Assembly: GCA_963666215.2 (NCBI GenBank)
Contig: CAXWPL010000002.1
Coordinates: forward strand, 384,001-448,000
From: Acidobacteriota bacterium
GTDB lineage: Bacteria > Acidobacteriota > UBA890 > WLXD01
Length of the DNA stretch: 64,000 bases
Reading direction: 5' to 3'
Shown: one piece after another, positions 40,945 through 51,690 of the stretch
Position numbering within the stretch: the stretch's first letter is position 1
Layout of the letters: each line of letters starts with the position of its first letter
Translations under genes and position numbers: made by a program
Notes under the pieces: generated by a model
Database searches by the model: none
The model's input: only the letters and a program-made list of their open reading frames with translations
Told to the model about the DNA's origin: nothing

Positions 40945-42216
40945 CTACTGTCCCCGTTCCGCCGCCTTCGGCTCGGCCTTCCATAGCTGCCCTTCGCTGG
41001 AGGCCACGATCACAGCGGCCGACGCGTCGCCGGTGATGTTGGTGGCTGTGCGCAGCATGTCGAGAATGCGATCGACGCCGAGGATGAGCGCAATGCCCTC
41101 CAGCGGCAGGCCCAGCTGCTCCAGAACCAGCGCCAACGTGATGATCCCGGCTCCGGGAACACCCGCGGCACCAATCGAGGCCAGCGTCGCCATCAGAACG
41201 ATTGTGAGCTGGCCGCCGAGGCCGAGCTCGAGCCCGTAGACCTGGGCGATGAAGACCGTGGCCACACCCTGGTAGAGCGCAGTGCCGTCGAGGTTGATGG
41301 TCGCGCCGAGCGGCAGCACAAACGCCGAGATCTGCTCCGACACACCGAGATCATGCGTTGTGTGGTGCATCGTCACGGGCAGCGTTGCGCTGCTCGAAGA
41401 AGTCGAGAACCCGATGAGTTGCGCCGGGCGGATGCCGCGAAAGAAGCGGCGCAGCGACATGCCGGCGAACAGTCGCACGGCGGTGGCGTAGACGAGCATG
41501 ACGTGCAGGAAAAGCCCGGCGGCCACGCACAGCGCGTAGGCGAGCAGCACACGCAGGATGTCCACCCCGAACTGCCCGATGGCCGAAGCGATCAGCGCCA
41601 TGACCCCGATCGGCGCAAGCTTCATGACGATGTGCATGATCTGGATCATCGCCTCGTTGACTCCATCAAAGAACACCAGCACCTGCTCGCTGTGTTCCTT
41701 CTTCGGAATCAGGGTCAGCGCGACGCCGAACAGCAGGGCGAAGAAGATGATCTGCAGAAAAACGCCGTCGGCCATGGCGGCGGCGGGATTCGTGGGCACC
41801 ACCTGAAGGAGCGTGTCGGTGACACTGGGAGCCTGCTCACTCAGCCGGTCGATGGCTCCACCGCTCTGCGCCCCGGCGTCGGCCAGCAGCCGTTGCTGGG
41901 TGGCCTCATCGATGCCCTTGCCGGGCTCCACGACGTTGGCGATGACCAACCCGATGGTGATCGCGATCGCTGTGGTGCACAGGTAGTACGCCATCGTCTT
42001 GCCGCCGATGCGCCCGAGCTTCTTGGGGTCGCCGAGCATCGCCGTGCCAACCAGCAGCGACGAGAAGATCAGCGGCACGACAACCATGCGGATCAGCCGC
42101 AGGAATAGATCTCCGATCGGTCGGATTGCCGCGGCCGACTCACCGAAGATAACGCCGACGGCGATCCCCACCGCCATGCCGATGGCGATCCAGGTGGGCA
42201 AGGAGAGCTTCTTCAC
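40945..42216 (-). CDS. Dicarboxylate/amino acid:cation symporter (DAACS, GltP-like)
   Basis: FLRLIRMVVVPL, FSTSSSSATLP, PLGATINLDG, GVDRILDMLRT. Confidence 0.93.
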   Translation of the reverse strand: MKKLSLPTWIAIGMAVGIAVGVIFGESAAAIRPIGDLFLRLIRMVVVPLIFSSLLVGTAMLGDPKKLGRIGGKTMAYYLCTTAIAITIGLVIANVVEPGKGIDEATQQRLLADAGAQSGGAIDRLSEQAPSVTDTLLQVVPTNPAAAMADGVFLQIIFFALLFGVALTLIPKKEHSEQVLVFFDGVNEAMIQIMHIVMKLAPIGVMALIASAIGQFGVDILRVLLAYALCVAAGLFLHVMLVYATAVRLFAGMSLRRFFRGIRPAQLIGFSTSSSSATLPVTMHHTTHDLGVSEQISAFVLPLGATINLDGTALYQGVATVFIAQVYGLELGLGGQLTIVLMATLASIGAAGVPGAGIITLALVLEQLGLPLEGIALILGVDRILDMLRTATNITGDASAAVIVASSEGQLWKAEPKAAERGQ

Positions 42217-42722
42217 CGACGGCTCCGATCAGATGGGCCCGCGCACACGCAAGGGTTGGAAGAACGGGTCGCGCAGCATAACGAACGCTCGAGGTCCTCG
42301 CCAGCACCGCACCGCGTGCGGGTCGCCGAGAATGAGCCCCGGCCCTCTTCGTCCCAGAAAAGCTGCTTGATCCTGCCCCGAGAGATACCGGCACCCGTTG
42401 TGGTGTCGATCTCGATGAGGTTGTAATCGCCGGCGTTGTCGTAGCCGATACCGAACAGAGTGCCGTCGGGTGCAAAGTCGATCGCCGACACCCCGTTGAA
42501 GCCGATATCACCCATCTCATCGACCGTTCCGGCCGCGGGATCGACTGCGAGGAGCTGCGACGGGTTGATCCCGGGCACTCGCCGGCCCACGTCTGCATGC
42601 GCGCTGACGCAGAACAGGGGCCCGGCGTCGCTGGCGCCGGCGAATCCCGTCGCGCCGGTTGAGACGAAGATCAATGCGACGCTTGCCAAGGCTAGGCGAT
42701 TCGCTACGAGTCGTGACGACAT
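42213..42722 (-). CDS. Secreted hypothetical protein with beta-propeller-like repeats
   Basis: Signal-like N-terminus. LLAVDPAAG / IDFAPDGTLFG / LIEIDTTTG repeats. C-terminus looks degenerate. Confidence 0.45.
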   Translation of the reverse strand: MSSRLVANRLALASVALIFVSTGATGFAGASDAGPLFCVSAHADVGRRVPGINPSQLLAVDPAAGTVDEMGDIGFNGVSAIDFAPDGTLFGIGYDNAGDYNLIEIDTTTGAGISRGRIKQLFWDEEGRGSFSATRTRCGAGEDLERSLCCATRSSNPCVCAGPSDRSRR

Positions 42723-42803
42723 GGTCGCGCTCCTTCCGATTGTCGAGTGGAGTGTTGTCACTCTCGATAACCGAAAACGCGGCCCGAGCGGCTCACGCCG
42801 AGA

Positions 42804-43328
42804 TCAGGAAAAGGTAGCCCCAACGTCCTCGTCTTCAAACACGCTGCCGAGGCCGCAGATATCGTCCAGCTGCTGGCTCGGATCGCCTAGTGAGCGGCTT
42901 TGGAGGTCTACAGGAGGCTCTTGCAACGCCTTCCGGGCGCTCGGCGACCCTTCGGGTCGTACCGCGCACGAGGATTCAAACACACCCCTTTCGACCGAAC
43001 GGTTGCAGCGGTCGGCCCGTGCCCGCTTCTCGCGTGCGGTCAGCCTTCGAGCCCCCTCAGCAACTCGGCTGCCGCCTCCGCTGCGGGTGACGATCACGCC
43101 GTCCTCTCTCAGCACGCCGTACGCCCGGGCCACCGTGTTGCGGTTGATTCCGAGGTCAGCCTCCAGTTGTCGCAACGTCGGCAGGCGGTCGCCCGGCCTG
43201 AGCACACCGCCGGCCGCCATCATTCGGGTCTGGTCTACGAGCTGATCGGAGAGCGGTGTGCGAGCGTCTCGATCGACGCGGACAAGTAGCCTTGGCGGCT
43301 TGGCGTCTATGATCACTTGACGGTCCAT
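42804..43328 (-). CDS. GntR (YtrA-like) regulator; C-terminus probably degenerate and reads across the att repeat
   Basis: PLSDQL..LRPGDRLPTLRQL..LGINRNTVARAY..L..DG winged HTH. Confidence 0.65.
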   Translation of the reverse strand: MDRQVIIDAKPPRLLVRVDRDARTPLSDQLVDQTRMMAAGGVLRPGDRLPTLRQLEADLGINRNTVARAYGVLREDGVIVTRSGGGSRVAEGARRLTAREKRARADRCNRSVERGVFESSCAVRPEGSPSARKALQEPPVDLQSRSLGDPSQQLDDICGLGSVFEDEDVGATFS

Positions 43329-43480
43329 CCTCTTGCGACTTCGTACGTTCAGAGGCTGCCCGGCAATTCAGCTCATCTACTCGGCCTGGACACCTCCAGC
43401 CGACCGAGAGATATTGCCGCCCACCTGACCTCCTGGTGACCTTAGATCAACCGATGCCTCAGCGACCATTGGAGAGAAAC

Positions 43481-43930
43481 ATGCGAAGACTACCTGCAGC
43501 ATCTCTGATCTTGACGGTGCTACTCGCAGGCTGCGGAGGAGGAGACCAGGCTGCACCGGAAGTCGACTTGTTCGCTCCCGACATGCCACGACACCACATC
43601 ACCGGATGCAATGAAGCCGGCGAGTTGGAAGTCGCGACCGTCAACGTTTGGCTTGAGCCTGGCGGCGTCAGCAACACAAACCGACCAGTCGGCAAGCTGT
43701 CCGGAGACGGTAGAGAGGACCTCGGGTTGAAGTGCCAGGGCTCCGTCGTCGTAGTCGTGCAGTCGCAGCAGGCTGAAGGACGGACCTTCTATCGCGTCGC
43801 CAGCGTCGTCCGTGGTGACGACGGCTGGGTATCCGAGTCCTTCATCGGGCGGCAGATGGAGGTTTCGCGATGCGCTGAGCATTTCTCAGACAGGGCGCAG
43901 TTGGCGCGTTGCGAAGGAAGGGTCCCGTGA
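43481..43930 (+). CDS. Hypothetical lipoprotein
   Basis: GGAG RBS, LAGC lipobox, SH3-like ending (YRV...DGWVSE). Confidence 0.6.
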   Translation: MRRLPAASLILTVLLAGCGGGDQAAPEVDLFAPDMPRHHITGCNEAGELEVATVNVWLEPGGVSNTNRPVGKLSGDGREDLGLKCQGSVVVVVQSQQAEGRTFYRVASVVRGDDGWVSESFIGRQMEVSRCAEHFSDRAQLARCEGRVP

Positions 43931-43988
43931 AGTCGTCCTCAGAAGGAGCAGCAAAGCCTGACGCGCTGGACAACGCATGCGGCGATCT

Positions 43989-44348
43989 GTGAGCAGAAAA
44001 AGGGGACCCAAACCCAGCTTCCAGCGCGACGCCTACCTTGAAGCGCTACGCAACGGGCACACGCATAGCGCCGCTGCCGCTGTGGCCGGTGTGACCTACG
44101 AGACCGCCCGGAAGCACCGCGCCGACGATGCGGCCTTCGCTGACCTGGTCGAGGTCGCCTACCAGCAAGGCACGGTTTCCCTCGAGGCCGTCGCACTCGA
44201 GCGTGCCAAGCGTCCCAACGGCTCCGACACGATGCTGATCTTCGCGCTCAAGCAGCGCGGCTGGAGCGACCGGCAGGACCTTAGGCTCCAGCCCGCCATG
44301 AGCGTCACTATCCTCGACGGCGCTGCCGCAGATCACGAGCCCATCTAG
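43989..44348 (+). CDS. Phage terminase small subunit-like HTH protein
   Basis: AYLEAL..G...AAAAVAGV......HR..D..FA and SDTMLIFALK pattern, recognised by eye. Confidence 0.55.
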   Translation: MSRKRGPKPSFQRDAYLEALRNGHTHSAAAAVAGVTYETARKHRADDAAFADLVEVAYQQGTVSLEAVALERAKRPNGSDTMLIFALKQRGWSDRQDLRLQPAMSVTILDGAAADHEPI

Positions 44349-44490
44349 CGACGCGACAGTCTCCCGGCCTGCTCCTCAGATTGGCTCTGTGGTAAGCGGG
44401 CTCGCTGCTCGCGGAACGCGAGCTCACCCTGATTTCACCGGGTGAGCGCCTGTTGCCCGGGTGGAACGGCGAGTTCGCGAGCGGCCTAGT

Positions 44491-45533
44491 TGTGTTTTCT
44501 AAGTAGGTTGTTCACATCGGGGCTCACTTCTGAGATCAATGGGGTTGTTCAAAAGACTCCACGACCTCAGAAGGAGCGCCCGATGCAGCTGCATGGTAAC
44601 GCCCGCACGACGCCGTATATACGCCGAGAGATGGTCCGCCGAGTCCGGGAGCGGGCGGAGCCCGTGACGGAAACGGCGGCGGCGCTCGGCGTGTCGGCTC
44701 GAACGGTTTACAAGTGGCTGGATAGATACGAGCGAGAAGGTGAGGCCGGGCTGCTCGATCGATCAAGCCGGCCGACGTGCTGTCCGCACGCAACAAGCGC
44801 TGGAGTTGTGAGGCAGATCGACAAGCTACGTCGGCGGCGACTGACGGCCTGGCAGATCAGCCGAAGGTTGGCTGTGCCGCGCTCGACCGTCTCGGCGTGG
44901 CTGAAGCGGCTCGGACTCGCCAAGCTTGATGCGCTCGAGCCCAAGCCCGAGATCGTTCGCTACGAGTACGAGCACCCCGGTGACCTACTGCACCTGGATA
45001 CGAAGAAACTGGCCCGTATCCGGCGACCTGGACACCGCATCCACGGCGACCGCTCCAAGCGGGCCTACGGCGTCGGCTGGGAGAACGCCCACGTCGCTAT
45101 CGACGATCACTCTCGGGTGGCGTACGTCGAAGTGCTGCCCGCCGAAGACCAACACACCTGCACAGCGTTCCTGCAGCGAGCCGTCGAGCACTTCGCTTCG
45201 ATGGGAGTAGCGGTGCGCCGAGTGATGACAGACAACGGGCCTGGCTACGTCTCGAAGCGCTTCAATCGCCTATGCCATCAACTCGAGATCCGGCACATTT
45301 ACACCCGGCCCTACACCCCCAGAACCAACGGCAAAGCCGAACGCTTCATCCGCACACTCAAGGAGCAGTGGGCCTACGGCACCTGCTACCAGACCTCAGC
45401 TCGACGTACTCGAGCTCTACGGCCCTGGCTCAACCACTACAATCGTCACCGTCCCCACGCCGGCATCGGCATGACACCGCCGATCGCTCGGCTCTCAGGG
45501 GTGAGTTCGTGAACAACCTACCTAGAACTCACA
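44491..45533 (+). mobile_element. Complete IS481-family insertion sequence (1043 bp)
   Basis: 25-bp terminal inverted repeats TGT...ACA (22/25 match). 6-bp target duplication CCTAGT at 44485-44490 and 45534-45539, fitting the IS481 NCTAGN target. Confidence 0.96.
44583..45512 (+). CDS. IS481 DDE transposase
   Basis: HGNART, HLDTKKL, IDDHSR, TDNG, TNGKAERF, YN.HRPH. Confidence 0.96.
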   Translation: MQLHGNARTTPYIRREMVRRVRERAEPVTETAAALGVSARTVYKWLDRYEREGEAGLLDRSSRPTCCPHATSAGVVRQIDKLRRRRLTAWQISRRLAVPRSTVSAWLKRLGLAKLDALEPKPEIVRYEYEHPGDLLHLDTKKLARIRRPGHRIHGDRSKRAYGVGWENAHVAIDDHSRVAYVEVLPAEDQHTCTAFLQRAVEHFASMGVAVRRVMTDNGPGYVSKRFNRLCHQLEIRHIYTRPYTPRTNGKAERFIRTLKEQWAYGTCYQTSARRTRALRPWLNHYNRHRPHAGIGMTPPIARLSGVSS

Positions 45534-45633
45534 CCTAGTCGACTGCAGGGAAAACGGGGGCGGACGGAACCGGTGTTGGTCATCGCCGCACTCTGCCAGC
45601 AGCGCCGTCTGCTTGCGTGGCGTGTGGCGAAGA

Positions 45634-45671
45634 TTTAGTCTTGGCTAACTATTTTGTTAGCGACAACTAAA
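45634..45671 (+). promoter_or_regulatory. Double TTAG-N6-CTAA palindrome (DtxR/MntR-like operator)
   Basis: TTAGtcttggCTAA (45635-45648) and TTAGcgacaaCTAA (45657-45670). AT-rich, just upstream of the 45694 start. Confidence 0.55.
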
Positions 45672-45693
45672 GACCTTCTGAGGAGCCCTGACC

Positions 45694-46848
45694 ATGCAAC
45701 TGCAACGTAGTTTGCTCGGCGGCCTTGGTGTGATGCTGGCGCTCGGGTCTCTGGCACTGGCGCTGCCCGGACCAGCGGACGCCATTCCGTACTTTACGCG
45801 CAAGTTCGACACGGGTTGCGCAACCTGCCACACGGTGGTGCCGAAGCTCAACCAAACCGGGCTCGACTTCCGGGAGCGCGGCTATCGCCTGCCGGGGCGC
45901 GAGATGCATTCCACGATTCCGCTCTCGGCCTGGGTGAGCGGACGCTACGAGAACCGGCCCGACGCCGATGTCGACAGTGTGTTCCTCGACAAAGTCGAGA
46001 TCATCAGCGGCGGCGCGCTCAGCGATCGCGCCAGCTACTTCGCCGAGTGGCGACCGGTGAGCCTGGGGTTGCAGGACAACGGCGAGCTCAGCGATCGGAG
46101 CGGGCGTTTCGAGGACCTTTTCGTCGCCTACGATCTGACCGACGCCCTGAGCCTGACCGCTGGGCAGTTCCGTCTGTTCAACCAGTTCGACAGCTCGCTG
46201 AGCGAGTCGACACCCTTGGCGCTGAATGCTGGGATCCCTGGCGTGCCAGAGGCCGGCGACAGCCTTCGCGAAGCGAGCTTGCGCGGCTTCTCTCCAGCCG
46301 GACGTTCCCCCGCGCTGATGCTGACCTACCACGCCCCGCCGCGGGACGCGACGCAGCGCGCAGCAGACGGCTGGTACGTGCACGCCACCGTGCCCTTCCC
46401 TGGCGAGCTGTCGATACCGCTCACCGACGAGGCGCGAGATCGCGCCAGCTTCGAGCTCGATTTCGACCCCAAGGGCGTCTATCTCGAGAGCTACTACCGC
46501 AAAGGGTTGTCGTCCATCGGCGGGGCCGTCTTCGTTGGCGACGACCGGCAGCTATACACGGGACTGGCGAGCTACGACCCGGGCACCTGGAACACGACGC
46601 TGGCTGTCAGTGCGGGCGTGATCGATGGCGACTCCGACCGACGCCTGAGCTGGTGGACCGAGCTGCAGCCAGCAGCCGGTGTCAACGTGGGCTTCCGGCT
46701 CGACGAACGGAGCTCGGGACCGACGGCATACCACCTCTATACCGATCTACAGCTTCCTTCGAAGCGCGGGATCCTGTGGTTGCTGGTGGAGCAACGGTTC
46801 CGATCGGGAAGTGATCAGACGGTCGTCCAACTCAACGCTGTGTTCTGA
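45694..46848 (+). CDS. Cyc2-like monoheme cytochrome c / outer-membrane beta-barrel fusion
   Basis: Signal peptide, then IPYFTRKFDTG-CATCH-TVVPKLNQTGLDFRERGY. Amphipathic beta-strands and terminal Phe. Confidence 0.75.
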   Translation: MQLQRSLLGGLGVMLALGSLALALPGPADAIPYFTRKFDTGCATCHTVVPKLNQTGLDFRERGYRLPGREMHSTIPLSAWVSGRYENRPDADVDSVFLDKVEIISGGALSDRASYFAEWRPVSLGLQDNGELSDRSGRFEDLFVAYDLTDALSLTAGQFRLFNQFDSSLSESTPLALNAGIPGVPEAGDSLREASLRGFSPAGRSPALMLTYHAPPRDATQRAADGWYVHATVPFPGELSIPLTDEARDRASFELDFDPKGVYLESYYRKGLSSIGGAVFVGDDRQLYTGLASYDPGTWNTTLAVSAGVIDGDSDRRLSWWTELQPAAGVNVGFRLDERSSGPTAYHLYTDLQLPSKRGILWLLVEQRFRSGSDQTVVQLNAVF

Positions 46849-46889
46849 AGGACGCCTCAGAGATCCCGCTCGATCCGTACAATGTCCTC

Positions 46890-47243
46890 GGCCACAGGAG
46901 TGAGCTCGTGGGTTCTCCGAGGACTTCGTACGAGAGTCGCACGACGAGCCTCGTGGCGATGCCGTGCGGAACCGGAAGTGTGAACGAGAGCTTGCGGCTC
47001 TAGCGTGGACGCAAACGGGTGTCGCGGACAATCCGTGCGCCGCGCGACATCATGGCGGCTACGGAAGTCAGAGTCCGGCCGTCGGCGTCGACGACCTCAC
47101 GCCCGGACACCGATCGTTGCGAATGCACCTCATCAGCCCAGCGCGTGGAAACGTCGAGCACCATCCGGCGCGATGGCATGCCGGTTGGCAACCAGTGGCC
47201 GGCAGCCTGATTCTGGATCGCGACCTCGACCTCCACGCTGCAA
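46890..47243 (-). pseudogene. Fragment resembling the C-terminal domain of a multiheme cytochrome c
   Basis: VEVAIQNQAAGHWLPTG..RRMVL and DTRLRPR*SRKLSF, with an in-frame TAG at 47000-47002. No start and no CxxCH left. Confidence 0.5.
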
Positions 47244-47429
47244 CGGATGAAGCGTTCGGCTTTGCCGTTGGTTCCAATGTTGATGATTCTGGTCAGTGCG
47301 CCGAGCCCTCGCGGCCCCGTCGCTTGCACTCGGAGCGGAGCAATCGCAGCGACTCAGTCAGGTTGCGCTGCAACAGCTCCTCGCCCGCAGGTCGAGGCCA
47401 CGCACCGAAGCGCGATCACTCGACTCGCC

Positions 47430-47726
<297 letters not shown>

Positions 47727-47810
47727 ACCAGGAGCGCGTGAGCGCCGCTCGGAGGCGGAGTCGGGGAGCCAAGCCAGGTGAGCTCGCCCGCACAAACCGG
47801 GATGTCGATA

Positions 47811-47883
47811 TGGGCCGTCAGGGGGTCGAACCCTGGACACCCGGCTTAAAAGGCCGGTGCTCTGCCAACTGAGCTAACGGCCC
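47811..47883 (-). tRNA. tRNA-Lys (TTT)
   Basis: GGGCCGT/ACGGCCC acceptor stem, CCGGC-CTTTTAA-GCCGG anticodon arm, GTTCGAC T-loop. Confidence 0.96.
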
Positions 47884-47943
47884 CTGGCGAAGGGTAGCGT
47901 GGGCACGCGAGGGGGGCAATGCGTTTGCTGCTCGGTTTCAGCG

Positions 47944-49380
<1,437 letters not shown>

Positions 49381-49482
49381 TCAGGTTAGCTGCCCGCGAG
49401 GCAGGCCAGCGTGTCCCGCGGAGTTCGGATGGAGCGCTCGGGTCGGACGTTCTCGCGGGCCTACGAATGTGCGGAGCCGAGG

Positions 49483-49680
49483 ATGGATTGGGATCTGCTG
49501 CTGATGGTGATGGGCTTCGTTTTGATCGTCGAAGGGCTGCCGTACGTTCTGTTCCCGGAGCGGATCACGCGCCTCCTCGAGCAGCTCGAGAGGCTCGGCC
49601 CCGGTGCTCTGCGCGCCTTCGGCCTGGTGTCATTGCTGGCCGGGGTGCTGCTTCTGTCGATCGGCCGATGGCTTCTCTAG
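49483..49680 (+). CDS. DUF2065 small membrane protein
   Basis: GFVLIVEGLPYVLFP...LRAFGL. Confidence 0.8.
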   Translation: MDWDLLLMVMGFVLIVEGLPYVLFPERITRLLEQLERLGPGALRAFGLVSLLAGVLLLSIGRWLL

Positions 49681-49787
49681 CTGTGTCTTCAACCAGCTCG
49701 GTCTCGCTCGCGATGCCAGCGCCTGATTTGATCGCGATCGCCTGAGCGGGACGCCTCGCCTGATTCTCGAGCTGTTCGCCTGTAGGC

Positions 49788-50810
49788 CTAGTTCACAACG
49801 CTGTCGGCGTCGCCTGCCTTGAACGGGGGAGGCACATGCGCGGCAATCGCCGCCACGGCCGCCGTGGCGACGGCGTGGTGATTGTCGAGCAGGGACCAAA
49901 GCCAACTCCCGCCCGCGCCGTCCGATCGCAATCCGCCGATGTACAGCTCCCGATTACCGGCCGCCGTCGCCGGGCTATCAATGGCCTGCCCGTGTTGGTT
50001 CTGGCTCGGCAGCGACATCGTGCTCAGCAGCTCTGCCAGCGCGTTGTGGTCGCAGCCAGGCATGTGGACGGAGGCGGCGACGGAATGAAAGATTGACGCC
50101 TGGACGGCCACGGCGGCGACACCTTCGATTCCCATGGCGACGAGCTCCCCCATGAGGTCGCTGCGACCTTCGGGCGCGAGCCAGGCGTCGAACGCCAACC
50201 GGCGACCGAACGGTCCCGATTCGTCGACCGCAGAGTCGTCGGTGTCTTCCATGAAGTTGAGGATACTGGCCGTCTGCCTGGCGAGCTCTTCGGCTGCGGC
50301 ATCGCTGTGCTCCGACGCCGGTAGCAAGACGGTTGCTGAAGCACCCGCCAGGCGCTCGCCGAGCATGCCGTGAAGCTCGGCGAGCAGCAGCGCGCCGCCC
50401 GACGGGGTCGCGATGAGCGTCGGCTTTGCGGCTTCGGTGGCGAGGCCGCCAAGGTGAAACGTGGCCGGGTGGCTGTTCCCACGCATGCGCAGTGCCCCCG
50501 TGCAGTCGATGGCCACGCCGCCCTCGGCGGCCACCTCCTCGGCGTAGGTAGCTGCTGCCTCTGGAGCGCCGCAAAAACACACGACTGCGCGCTCTCGGAT
50601 GTCCTGTTCGGCGATCTCCATCACGACCCGCGCCTCGTCGCCGTACTCTGTGAACACGCCGATGCCATCCTCGAGCGCGAGTAGATCGACGAGGCTGCCG
50701 TAGCCGTCCGCCGCGAGCCGTTCCTTGATTTCGATCCCGACCATCGTGGTGGCGCCGACGAGACCGATGCCCCGCCTTGCGGGCGCGTTCGGGGTTGCGG
50801 CTTTCGTCAT
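49788..50810 (-). CDS. Aspartate-semialdehyde dehydrogenase-like (Usg-like) protein, catalytically degenerate
   Basis: VGATTMVG, IDC, EELARQT, LAFD, W...DN. The NPNC catalytic motif is absent. Confidence 0.7.
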   Translation of the reverse strand: MTKAATPNAPARRGIGLVGATTMVGIEIKERLAADGYGSLVDLLALEDGIGVFTEYGDEARVVMEIAEQDIRERAVVCFCGAPEAAATYAEEVAAEGGVAIDCTGALRMRGNSHPATFHLGGLATEAAKPTLIATPSGGALLLAELHGMLGERLAGASATVLLPASEHSDAAAEELARQTASILNFMEDTDDSAVDESGPFGRRLAFDAWLAPEGRSDLMGELVAMGIEGVAAVAVQASIFHSVAASVHMPGCDHNALAELLSTMSLPSQNQHGQAIDSPATAAGNRELYIGGLRSDGAGGSWLWSLLDNHHAVATAAVAAIAAHVPPPFKAGDADSVVN

Positions 50811-50820
50811 GCGGCCGTGC

Positions 50821-51624
50821 TCACGTAGGCGGGTCGTCGGTGCTAGACGAAGGGGACGGTTTCAGCGCCGTGGTTGCGGCGTCGCTGCTTCCAGCTGAGG
50901 GTCGCTCCCCACGGGTCACCAGCACCGCGAGCCGCGCGACGAGTCCCGAGAGCGTGTACAGCGTCGCCGCAAGCAGCAACACATTTTCCGGGTCGAGCGC
51001 AATCAGCGCGATCGCCATCGCCACCAGCAGCACGAGCATCGAGGGCTGACGCTCCCGCAGGTCGATATCCTTGAACGAGCGGTAGCGCAACTTGGAGACC
51101 ATGAGTACCGAGAGGAGCGCCACCAGCGCCAGCAGAACCTTCGCCAGCAGCAGGCTTTCGACACGCGCCGGCCAATAAAAGGCGAGGGCGGCGATCTGGC
51201 AGCTGGCGAGCGGCGTAGGTAGACCGATGAAGTAGCGGCGATCGGCCGAGCTGTCGACGTTGAATCGTGCAAGTCGGGTGGCGGCGCAGGTGGCGTAGAA
51301 GAAGCTGAACAGCCAGCCTGCACGCCCGAGATCCCACAGGCCCCACGAAAAAACGAGCACCGCGGGCGCTAGCCCGAATGCAACAACATCGGCAAGTGAG
51401 TCGTAGGCGCTGCCGAATTCGGTTTGGCTGTCGGTCATGCGCGCTATGCGGCCGTCGAGTCCGTCGAGGACCAGCGCGATGCCGATGGTGAGCGCGGCGG
51501 CACGATAATCGCCGTGCAGCGTGGCGATCAGGCTGTAGTAGCCACAGAACAGGCTGCCGGTGGTGAACAGCGACGGCAGCAGAAAGATGCCCCGACGAAA
51601 TTGCCTTCGTCGCCGTCGCGACAT
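50821..51624 (-). CDS. pssA: CDP-diacylglycerol--serine O-phosphatidyltransferase
   Basis: LDGLDGRIAR...FG..YDSLAD, RLARFN, FIGLP. Confidence 0.93.
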   Translation of the reverse strand: MSRRRRRQFRRGIFLLPSLFTTGSLFCGYYSLIATLHGDYRAAALTIGIALVLDGLDGRIARMTDSQTEFGSAYDSLADVVAFGLAPAVLVFSWGLWDLGRAGWLFSFFYATCAATRLARFNVDSSADRRYFIGLPTPLASCQIAALAFYWPARVESLLLAKVLLALVALLSVLMVSKLRYRSFKDIDLRERQPSMLVLLVAMAIALIALDPENVLLLAATLYTLSGLVARLAVLVTRGERPSAGSSDAATTALKPSPSSSTDDPPT

Positions 51625-51690
51625 CGGTCGCCCGATCCTCGGCGGCTTCAAAGTTGCTGCTCAGCTCGTGGTGACCACATGTGCCGCTCG

